NCBI GenBank assembly: GCA_965649765.1
Contig: OZ287750.1
Coordinates: forward strand, 31,868,001-31,932,000
DNA from: Bispira polyomma
Lineage: Eukaryota
Direction of reading: 5' to 3'
DNA: 64,000 bases
This document shows positions 27,301-39,300 of the stretch, one piece after another. A model generated the notes under the pieces. The model saw only the letters and a list, made by a program, of their open reading frames with translations. It did no database searches and was not told where the DNA came from. Made by a program: the position numbers and the translations under genes. Positions within the stretch are counted from its first letter, which is position 1. Every line of letters begins with the position of its first letter.

Positions 27301-30300
27301 GAAGCACACACATGGCTATTTATACATGCGCTCTTGAAAATGCTGCATTGGCATATGTTAGTAAGTTACAGGTTTTCTCGATATTTTTTAAGAAATTCAA
27401 AAACATAAATTATATCTAAAAAGAGTTGCAAAATTAACCACTGTGTACATTTCTTGTAATTTGTGGAGTTTTATATGGCTTAGTTATCCACTTATATAGC
27501 TTAGTAGATACATGTACTAGGTTTTTTGTAACCTAGGCAACTCCAGAAGAAATCAACAGTGCATTTCGCCGAATGAGTCGTTTGTACCATCCTGACAAAC
27601 ACACTGAAAGTGGTCGTACTCGACAGGCTGAAGAACTTTTCACCAAAATCAAACGAGCACATGAAGGTAGAGTATTAACAGTGTTGTGTCAAGTTAAGAT
27701 GTCAACAAACTTAAGAATTAATGCCAGGTTCATAATAATGCCCAAATCTAATTTTTGTTTTGTGGTTAGTGTAGTAAATTAGAAAAATGCAAGTCAATTT
27801 TGTATAGGCATTACATACAATAGGCAAACTTCTGTTATCTTTATCAAAATACATATACAGTTGGTAAATTGGTCTGGTCATCAGAAGGTCCCTAGTTTGA
27901 CTACTGAACCTTGGACAAGATGTGAACACGCTATTGCCCATCAATTGTCTATGTAAATAACACCATGAATAATGGTTTATCGATTCTAATGTTCCTCTTT
28001 AAAATATGCCTGGCATCAATAATGTGTGTTAAAAATTCAGAATACATTATAAAATATAAATTTATAATACAAATAGAACTGTGGCAGATCCTTTGTTTTT
28101 GCTATAACAGGTTGTTGCTGAGGCTGATAAAAACAGTCTGAAGTACAGTAATTGTGTAACTGTATGGGATCCAAATAGGGAGAGTTTACACAATGCAATT
28201 AGATAGCTGTGTGAGGGGAAATCACAAGTCTAAACCCTACCTAAACTTTTGAGTGGCATTGATACCCTGTTCTATGATTTCAGTATTGTCAGACCCCCAC
28301 CTCAGAGCTATATACGATACCACAGGAGTGAAAGGACTGCAGACAGATGGCTGGCAGGTAAGTGCCAATACTTGGCGTTGTCATTTGGCACACAAGTTAT
28401 AATTTGGCATAACTAAAACAACATGCTGTATATCTGGCATTACTTGCAATCTTTTAGGAAAATTTCACTTGCACATTATTAATTGGGATGTCAGAATTGT
28501 GACACTACCCCACTGTGTATTTGGTCAGTCTTCATTTTATTTACAGCCTCTATTGACTACTCTCAAAGGCCAACCACTTGCAAGCTGTAAGACTAACATT
28601 TTATTTGTACACAGAAACTCTGTAAGTTATGACTGATATTTGATCACATTTTAAAATTGACTCTGGCATCAACTACGATGTTTTGATGGGTACTATCAAC
28701 TGGGATAGAAACTGTGTATTACCCGTTGTTAAGCATTGTCTATTAGTTCTAGGATTTTTTAATATTTATTATCCACATGAGAATATGACGTATCATGTTC
28801 TGGTTTATAAAACTCGATTTTTACAGCTTTCAAAATCAATTTTGAAGCTAATTCTTTATGGTAACAATTCTACTTCTTTGTTTACACTGTTGCTGTGATG
28901 TAATTTGTGTTTGACCTAGAAACAGTCTTTTTGAAAAAGGAAGACTTTTATCTGTTTTTTGGGTATAATGTTGTTACAGTAAATTTAGTTTGTTTTTTTT
29001 TAAATATGCGCCACTTTGGTAAGTTTTCCTATATTCTTATTCCGTGGTCTAGTGGTTGGGGTGTTGATCTGATGATCGGAAGGTCCTCGGTTCTATTCCC
29101 GGTACCGACCGCTAGTTTCATTTGGTGGCATTACATCCTTGGGCACAATGTGAACACAAGTTTCCCTAGTGGCTCGGATGACCACTTAAAATAGCGGTCC
29201 TTTGTCACTGAGTACTCTCTCCAGTGGCAGATTAAAGATCCTGGGGGATGTTGATAAATGGTCATCCTCAAGCAAGCCTCAGTGCCAATAGTGGCAGCCC
29301 TTGAGGAAGTGCATTTGAAAGAACGCTGTGTTCTGTAAGTGCGCTATAACAAATATCCTATTTTATTTCATTAGTGACTAAGTTTTAATGTGACATTTGT
29401 TGTAAATGGTCTGGCGTTTTAAGACACCAAGTCTCCCTAGTAGAACCTTATTCAAGACTAAGTTTTGGTGTGACATTCATTACAGATGGTCCAGCGTCAT
29501 GACAAGTCCCTGAAACAGACCTCCATTTACCGCAAAGTTTATTTATTTAAAGCTAGCCTAGCCTGTCATTGTTGGTATCTATAATTCTAAACCTGACATT
29601 ATGAGCTGCTGGGGGCTAGTGTTTATAAACGTCTGCTTTAAAATCACTCACCTCTCATCTTTGGGGATTGAATCCCAGAGATTCCTTCTTCATGTGGGAA
29701 AGTTTGTCAGGTTTCGCCCACCATTAATTTTGGCCATTGCAATATGACCAAAGCTTTTAAAAGTGACGTAAACCCAAAATAATTTCAAATTCTAAGCCTG
29801 ACATTCCTTTCAGCTGGTCCAGCGTACCAAGTCCCCCAAGGAGATCCTGGAGGAGTACCAACAACTCCTTGCTGAGAAGGAGGAGAGGAAGTTACAGCAG
29901 CAGACCAACCCCCACGGCAGTGTTAGTGTCGGCCTTGACTTGTCACCATTCTTTGACAGCTACAGTCAGACCATGTAAGAGTTGACTGTGTTTAGTTTGA
30001 GTTTAAGATCTCTGCATTAAGTTACAGCAGCAGACTAATCCCCCCACGGCAGTGTTAGTGTAGGCCTTGACCTGTCACCATTCTTTGACAACTACAGTCA
30101 GACCACGTAAGAATTGACTTTGTTTAATGTGAGCTTAACCCTTTCAACACCTATGCTGTTGGCAAGCAACCAATGGCAATTGTTACTCCCAGGACCTGTG
30201 TCTGTTGGCAAACAGTCTACGCCCCTAAAATAGTTTTTTATTTTCCTTCAGTTCCTCAAAGTAGGACATTGTTAGTACAGCATACTTTCCCTGTTAAACA

Positions 30301-33300
30301 AATCATACAGGAGGTCGATATTCAATGCTAGAAGTAGTTTTAGGTGTGTGGTTTAATGACTTTAGGTATCTGGAACCTATTGCTCAAAAATTTCCATCAG
30401 TGTCTGGCAATTAATTTTTCCTAGTCACGAAAGGGTTAATTAATATCTATGCATGGTATGTCATGAGCAGCAGATTAGATGCTGTGATATACATCTGCTG
30501 GTTTGCATGCTGCTTGTGTAATGCAAAATACTGACTCGCATCGAAATACTGACTACCCTTTCTCATCTTTTAGGGGAGTCATTTTTTCGGCGAGGGAGTC
30601 AAAATATGGCAGCTAAATACATACTCCCCTGTCAAATACTTACTCCCCAGGCCCACTTTAGTCTTATTATCACTGATTTGCTCTATGCAATTAGAGCAAG
30701 AGGTGTTTAGGTTTTTGTCTTACTTATTATTGTGTGGGTTCAGTCTGCAACTTGTGATTAATGTGATCTACTCAACAGTAGGAAAATGTAAAAATTGTGA
30801 ATTTTTAACATTTATTATGAATATACAATGTCAACAATATATTCAGTGAATATATACTTATTAAACATTAAATAAACATTTACATAATATTTCTAAAAAT
30901 AATTTAATGGTATACTTACATATACACAAACCTACATAAAATTAACAAAAGCCTATACATGATAATAATCATAAATTTTTTTGATCTCCCACCCTACCCA
31001 ATACTGATTATGATTATTATTATAGTGACATGTATAAGTATACATTACAATATCCTAATACAAAACATATTACAGTATATACCCAGCCTAATCCTATTAT
31101 CAATGATTTGTACAGGGGGAGTCAGTATTTTGCAGAGGAGTCAGAATATAGCACAACCCCCCTTGTAAAATACTGACTCCCTAGTGACAAATTTAAGGGA
31201 GTCAGTATCCTGCGCTACACCTGTCTCAAACTTTATCTATTCAATTATACAAATAAGGTTAGCAAAGATTTTAATTTCAAGGTTTCCAGAAGCTTTTATT
31301 CAATTTCAGAGGGAACGCATTATGTTTGTTTCTGATTTTTTAATAATGGCATCCCGGAACAGGGTTGTTTGATTAAATTATTGAGTTAAATCATTTAATT
31401 AAAATTGCGACTTAACTCCCTCAAACCTGTAAATAGTTCATAAATAGTAACTGTCCTTATTTTATCACCTCTACAATCAGCTGTATATATAAAGGTAGTT
31501 GTTAATGTATTTAAACAAGATTCAAAATAACATGAAAGTAGTACTTTCTTCAACTGCAACATATTATTGTATAAAAAAAGAATTTTTCAAATCTAATTTT
31601 TTTTTATTAAATCATGATTTTTCTCAAACCTTGTCCAAGAATCGTAACAGTTTTGAATAGCTGTTTTCTGTAGACAAATATTTGTTACTCTTCCATGAAC
31701 TTCCATCTCTAGAGGGAGATAGATGTCTGTAACCCAGCATCATGTGCCCACTTTGTCTTGTCAGAAATATCCTGGGTCAGTCGTCCATCTCACAGTCTGT
31801 GATGTGTCCACTTACCACCAAGGACACCGTGACACTAGCAGGAAGTGTCTCCAGTGACAGAAAGAAGGGAACTGGCAATGTGAAGACCACATACAGACGG
31901 GTTCTATCCAACAATGCCTGGGCAGAGGTCAGTACTAGCTAATAAAGGTCGTCCAGTCTTTACCTTTTCTGCCCAAAATGCCTGTTTTTAAGATATTTTG
32001 ACTAGTGGTGAGACAGGGCATCGGGTTACTCGATTACAGGCTGAATTTGTAGGGAAACCGGAGTGAAATTTGCGATTCGGGGACTCAAAAACATATACGT
32101 TTTGTAGTAAAAATTTACATTATTCACTTTACCAAAACAAAAACTTAGGTCTAATTCTTGCACCCAACATACATTTTCCTTCTAATTTACAATATTTCCC
32201 CAGATATTTGCCTTTATTTTTCGATAGTCGCCATTTTGTTAGACTGGTTTCTGAGATTGGTGCATACTAATTTTTCTGGAAACTGTTAGATGCTAGAGAT
32301 TACTCAGGCCTGATTTTTAGTGCCCGTCTTACCCCTAATTTTGTTTAGTAGACTGTGCGTATGAATATTGTCCAGATTATGACTTTGAGGAATGTTGTAT
32401 TTCCAGGGATGGCGATTAAGACTTCCGAGTACATTATTGTGTTCTGAGTTTTGTTTCCGGTCATTTCAAGAAAAAAGTATTGCAGCTATGTCCCCCAAAT
32501 TTAATGATATAGCTTGTTTGGGATTGATTTTGGACTTGTACTAAAGGACAAAATGGCCGCCATTGTCGTCAATGTGAAAACAGTTTTCTCTCATTTAAAG
32601 GAAATGTATTACAATTATTTAACAAAATTTCAATACATGGATTGTTATGGGTACAGCTTGCTTGGGATCAATTTTGGGCCAAAATCAAAGTGGCTGCTGT
32701 TGTCAGCAACGTGAAAACAGTTTCTGCTTATTTAAATTAAAAGTTTCACCAGATTTACTACATGCGTTTATCATGGCTATACATGTATACCTTAGGATTG
32801 ATCTTATTTCTGTTTCTGACATTATCTGTACATATATGTACTTGTTTCTGTTAACACATATACCGGTATGTACTTGTAACAGTTAACACATATATGTACT
32901 TGTGACTGTTACCACATATCTGTACTTGTGACTGTTGACACATATGTGTACTTGTGACTGTTAACACATATGTGTACTTGTGACTGTTAACACATATATG
33001 CACCTGTGACCGTTAACAAATATATGTACTTGTAACAGTTATCACATGTATGTACTTGAACAGTTAACACGTATATGCAGCTGTGACTGTTAACACATAT
33101 ATGTACTTGTGAATGTTAACACATATATGTACTTGTGACTGTTAACACAGTAGCAATATACATGCACCTTCCTGTTGTTTTTTAGGGTGAGGCCGTATTC
33201 GGGTCTTCAGCGTCAAGTTTTCATCTACGAGGATTCAGGAACCTTTGGAACAAGGCGTAAGAATATATAAAGATGGGTCAACTTATCATCAAACAAAACT

Positions 33301-36300
33301 TGGCACAACTCTTAAGTCTTGACAAAGTCATCACTACTTCCTTACAAACTCAACAGAAGACAAATTTCATTACAAATAATCAAAAATGATGTAACTAAAC
33401 AGTTTCATTTGGTGGGATAACATCCTTGGGCAAGATGTGAACACAAATTTGCCTAGTAGCTCACTATAACCACTTAAAATAGTGATCTTCTGTCACTGAG
33501 TACTATCTCCAGTGGCAGATTAAAGATCCTTGACGACGTTGATAAATGGTCATCCTCGAGCCTCGGCGCCTATAGTGGCTGCCCATGAGGAAACAAATTT
33601 GAAGTGACCCTATGTTCTGTAAGTGTGCTATAGCAAATGTCATATTTAATTTTTTTCATATATAAGCTAATGTAAATGGGTAGAAACAACCATAACACTG
33701 TCTAACTGCATGGAAACGTTCAACTAGAAAATACACTTGACCTGAACAGTGGACATGCCTTTGGACTTCCTGTTTTTGTTGTAGGTTTGGCACCCTGTCC
33801 GGATCAATACAGATCATGTCTGGGGATATGGTACCACTCTGTTCAGCAGGTAAATACTCAAATTGTTATGTACACAATATCTGATAAAAATGACCACCTC
33901 TCTTACATAGGACAAACTAGACGAGGACTCAATAGAGCGCATACCTCTGCCAAGGCATCACAGTGACAAAACGGGAAAAAATAAGAAATTCTTGAATTAG
34001 CCTTCCTATCCAGATCCACTAGAAAATTTTATAGATTCACCCATAACCCATGCCTCAATCCTCCAGCACAATTTGTTGTAGAAACCAAATCTGGGCGAAT
34101 AGTCTCCTTGGTAGGGGTAATTGGTTATAAACTTGGCTAACAATGTTAATATAGACTAAGTGGCAGTCGTTTTTACTTCCAGGACAATCAAAAGAGCTAA
34201 CAAATGGCTCAAACTTAGAAGTTTAAAAGGAACTTGACAGATTTTTTTCTTTAAAAGTCAAATCACTGTAATTTTGGGTTTGGGTTTTTTGTTCACCGGT
34301 CCAGTGTTTCGCAAATTGGGCCAGTATCGAAAGGAAATGAGGTCCACCAACTTTATTTTTCACTGGTAAATCTTCAAGCTAACAAGTGGCCCAATAAATT
34401 GACAAGATTTTAGTATAGTAAAACCTATCATTTTCAAACTTGTACTATCCAAATACTTGATTTTAGTAACTCAGTTCTGGTTAAAAATTCGTGTTTTCCT
34501 GTAGTTTCATACAGATATACTCTTTCTATTTTATGAACATTCAATTATCTTGACACAAAAATCTTGCTGTCCCAATCGGTTCAAACAATAGAGGTTCTAC
34601 AGTACCATGTTATTCCTAAACGGATGTAAAAAAATATGACTCCAGATAGGGGTTTAAAATAGCAACAACAAAAAATATCATTGTTTGAGTTTTGATTTGG
34701 TTAGATATTTATTAGTTTTTCAACAATGGTCGGATTCAAGTTTCACTTGCTTTTTCAACGAGTTACTATCCTCCATGTCTGAGTTACCTATTCTGATATT
34801 CTACAAAGAGCCCTCCATTTTATGCAGTCAAGATTGTCTATAAAGCTCTCCCATTGTATGGGCTACATGTGTATATAAGGAAAATACTTTATAATATAAG
34901 ATCTTTTTGGTCAAGTTAGTGCTTAATATAGGTGGATTCTTGTAGAAATCCCTCAACTGGTTTTACGTATAGTACAACCTCTTTAGAACAAAACTGTGCT
35001 ACTTACTTCCTGTTGAGTAAGACTTTGACTAACTTAAAATTCATAAATTAGAAGAAATATATTCTTATAAAACCATTTAAGCTACAAGTTTGGGAGACTG
35101 GAAATTAGTTAATAACATTGAAAACGGTTTGGCAGGGGTCGACGTATATGGTAGTACGAGACTACTAAAAATCAAAACAGACTACCAAAACCTTTGCAGT
35201 AGGTAGTACGACAGACTCCTTCATTTAATTTAAAATATATTGTTGAATTTTTAGCTTAACTTCAACTAACATATAATGTTTACATAGAAGTAAAGATAAA
35301 AATCTCTCATTATCACTCAACCAATAAAAAGATTTAATGCTGCACGCCTATATTTAGGTATGAATGTACATACAATATTTATAATAATAGGTACAAAATA
35401 TTTCTCATCCCAGTAATAAAAGTAATGATGGCTAGATTGACTATATTTAGTTTAGAATACCAAATTTTGGTCCAGACTTCTAAAACTCAAAATTAGGTAG
35501 TCCTGCAGACCAACACCATGTTTTGTGAAACAACGACCTCTGTTTGCGCAGTAGAAATCCCACAAGTTAGTACATTTAAATTGTTTATATAGGGAAGAAA
35601 TTAAAGCTCTCTCAGAACAGTATAAGTATAAATTCTCTATCGTAGTAAATGTTTTATATTCTACTAATACAATTGCAAAGCCATAATCTGTAAGTAGACT
35701 GTTTTCTTGCAGTTAGACCGCGAAAAAGTGCTACTGTTTAATTAGGTAAATATAATATAATACAATGTATATAGGTTAATTAAGGTTCACTTTTAGTTTG
35801 TTAGTTTGGCTTTGACATTTTAGGATGTACGAGTGGGGGGGGGGGGGGGGGGGGGGGTATTATGCTTTTGCTCAGTTCGGCCAGAAGATAAACTCGCTTA
35901 TTTTTTTCAAATTCGGACCCTAGACTAGAAAGTTTTGAATATTATGAATAAAATATAAAATTTCAACATTTCCTGCAATTTTGAACTTAATCTGTGGATG
36001 GACGCAGGGTAGAGGAATGTGACCTAACACTCAACCTTAAACTCTGGCCCAGTAATTCATAGAACGAATGTAATACTTCAATTTCTGTGGTGGTTCCAAT
36101 GTCTAATAACATTGTCTGACCCCAGTTTGGCCTAAACTTGAAATCTAACCTCAGTTTTATGATTGAAATACTACATATTTAGATCACCTTCTTGGTGTCC
36201 ATAACACATGCATGTCACCATTCAAATATGTAGTCAGAATTTTAATGACTTAACCCATTTTTTCAGATTATTGTAAGTTGTAAGAAGTATGATAAATACA

Positions 36301-39300
36301 GCCCCCTTTTTTAAGGAAGGAATATATAAATATAACCCCTGGAGAATAGTCCAAACCAGATTAAGGACGTAGGATAGGTGTATGGTGCATATGTATTATA
36401 TTGTTTAACCATTTTTTGGCCAATTTTTGAGATACTGTATGTTTTGTAGTTCTTGTACAGCAGTTGGACAAACAGGTTCAAGGTCGTCTGGCGTACACAG
36501 TGTCTTCAGTGACGTCCTCACTAAGAACCTCCGTGTCCTGGGGAAACGGGAACCAGCGGCTAGAGGGAGCTGTACAGGTCAGAAAGGGTGTTTATGTACC
36601 TTTATCTACCTGGAAACCTATATCTAACTGATAACCTTTCCAAACTATCAAAGAACAGCCAAGCTGTACTACTTGACGAAGGTGGTTAGCCACTGTGGTC
36701 TAGTGGGAAACACACTCACTTAGGAGGCCAGAGTATGAGGTTCCCAGGTACAGGCAGATGCAAAGACTCTTGCATTATTTTTCTCCAGTGGCAGGCTAAA
36801 GACCCATGTGGATGATGATAAATGGTCATCCTCAAGCCTCTCCTCAGATGCAAAGACTCTTGTATTATCTTTCTCCAGTGGCAGGCTAAAGACCCATGTG
36901 GATGTTGATTAATGGTCATCCTCAAGCCTCTCTCTTCAGCTAGATGAACAGCAGTTACTGGTGTTGGTTGGCAGCGCTTGTGTAGTCAAGAAAAACTAGA
37001 TGATCCAGAAAGCACAGTTATATGGCGCTATGTATAAATTTGAATACAAAATGTGAAACTATGAACAAAGACTTGAAGTGAGCACCTACGGTGTCAAAAC
37101 TAAAAAGCAGTGCAACTAAGTATGAACATTCTTTTTTGTGCTTCCATCTGCCATCTGAGTTTGCTTTGCAGTCAATTAAAGCACAACTGTTGCAGATACA
37201 ATGTGCGGTGACCAAATTTGACACATATTGTGCACATTGATTAACTTGACGATAAGGTATAATTTCATGGGAGTTTATGTATTCTAATTATCAATGATAT
37301 CAGCTTGAGAATTTAGGTCGACATTAGTGAAAGAATTAAAAACTAGAAGGCCAACTTGTGAAACGCATTTCTCTGCCAAGGCGCTACAATGTAAGTGAAA
37401 AGAATCTGTGAATCTGTCCCTCTTCCATGATCCTCTACATAATTTAGTTGATTCTCCCTTGGGCCATATCCCATCTCTACACTAAATGTCATGTAAATCA
37501 GTTCAATAGTTTTTGTGTAATCCTGTTGACAAAGCAACCAAAAGACATGGGTAAAGCCATAACCTCCTTGGCAGAGGTCATTAATTTCAATCTTCTATGC
37601 AATAACTAAACCTCTTTAGTCAGTTGAGTGTGTTAATCCCTCTGTGTACACAATGTACACCCCCTTCCTTTCTGTACACTATTTACTTCTACTGTACTGT
37701 CTTTCAGCTGGGTATTCCAAGCATATTTGTCAAGCTCTCCTACTATCATATGTTGCCTCGGTATGATCTCAGTATTGATGCCAAACTCAAGTAAGTTTTA
37801 ATTTTTTTTTCACTTCATAACCTTCTATTATCTAAATATTTTATTTTACACATTTAAAAAACTAGCGTTCAAAAAAAAACAATAAAACCTCACCATACTG
37901 CTGTTAAATAGCCTGAACTCTGTCTGTAAAGCCAATGGACTATTTACTCTAACTTTAGAAAAGTAAGGTATGGGCTCTTTTAAGAATGTGATTATTCTTG
38001 ACATATTATTCCAGTGTTTAGTTTCTGGTCATTTAAAGTTAAAGTATTGCAGCTATCTTCACCATATTTAATACATGGGTTCATCATGGGTATAGTTTGA
38101 TTGGGTTTGATTTTGGGCACTTTTAGAACAACAAAATGTCCTCCTTAGCCCCCAACATGAAAATTGTTTCTGATCATTTAAAGAAAGGTATTGCAAATTG
38201 TTTTGCCAGATTTATTATTGCGCATTTGAACAGAGAAATGTAGGGGGAGTTACATTCACACATTCAAAATTGTTTACAATTTTACCATATAAACGTGTCC
38301 CCTTTCTGACAGCTTGCATTGAAATATGTCCAATTTTCTGATCGGCTGCACCAATTTAGCACAATTTCTAGTACAGTGCCACCTTTCTTATCTGTACTTC
38401 TATTATCCAAATATTCAATTTGATGAAGTTCTATCTGCTTTCACAAATTTGTGTTTTCTTGTTGTTTAAACAAAAGTGCCTGATGATAAATGGATAATAG
38501 AGGTTCTAGTGTATTATAATAAATATGATGTCTTTCAGAATTGGGACCTTGAGTGTGCTTGGCGAGTACGGTTGTGTAAAGAAAATTACCCAGTTTAGCA
38601 CAGTATCTGCCAGTATGTCTGTGGGGATGCCATCAGGAGTCACCCTACACCTACGGTAGGCAGCTTGTAAAGGAGTATGTATATTTATGCTTACCTTCTA
38701 TTGTAAAGGAGCTTTTATTGCGATAAATATCCTTACCTTATCCTCACTAAGTGCTTTTATTCATTTTGAATAATTGCTCGACCAAAAGTCTTTTTTATAA
38801 AGACTATTCTTGTTTCTTAATTTTTACTCTCTCTCGACAAAGAGGCCCGCGCATGTGCAGGAAGTGTTGTCACTTCTGTTAGTGCTTGCAGCCTCAGATT
38901 CATTTTGGTCGTCCCACTGATCAGACCTCCTTTTTGCTCGGCCAATTTACCATATTGACCGTTTTCAAGATAGTCTTGCAGAGACAAGGGGCTTGAGGCT
39001 GATGTCTGTGTAACTTCCAGTCCTGAGGACTGCTACATTTGTATGCAGGTGACTTCTGACCAGACCAGACGTCTTCAGGCTTGGAAACTTAAGTTTCACA
39101 AGCTTCCTGCTACTCACACCACAGATGATAGCCTTCTGGATGAGGAACCTCCACCTTCAACGAAGAAAGATGACCCTCTTCTACAAATACTAGCTGAGCT
39201 AGGTAAACTATCTGAACGTCTAGAGAAAGTAGAAGGTAGAGGCCGAGCCTCAAAAACCAGTACTTTCGGGAGAAGTTATGATTTAGAATAAGAACATCAT

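Noticed and set aside
31713-31728. Candidate DNAJC11 microexon (CTCTAG|AGGGAGATAGATGTCT|GTAACC)
   Set aside because: The required phase gives a stop, and the downstream intron would be under 40 nt.
32850-33150. CRISPR-like regular repeat
   Set aside because: Units are contiguous with no unique spacers, there are no cas genes, and the context is a eukaryotic intron; it is a minisatellite. The same applies to the 156-bp array at 52868-53580.
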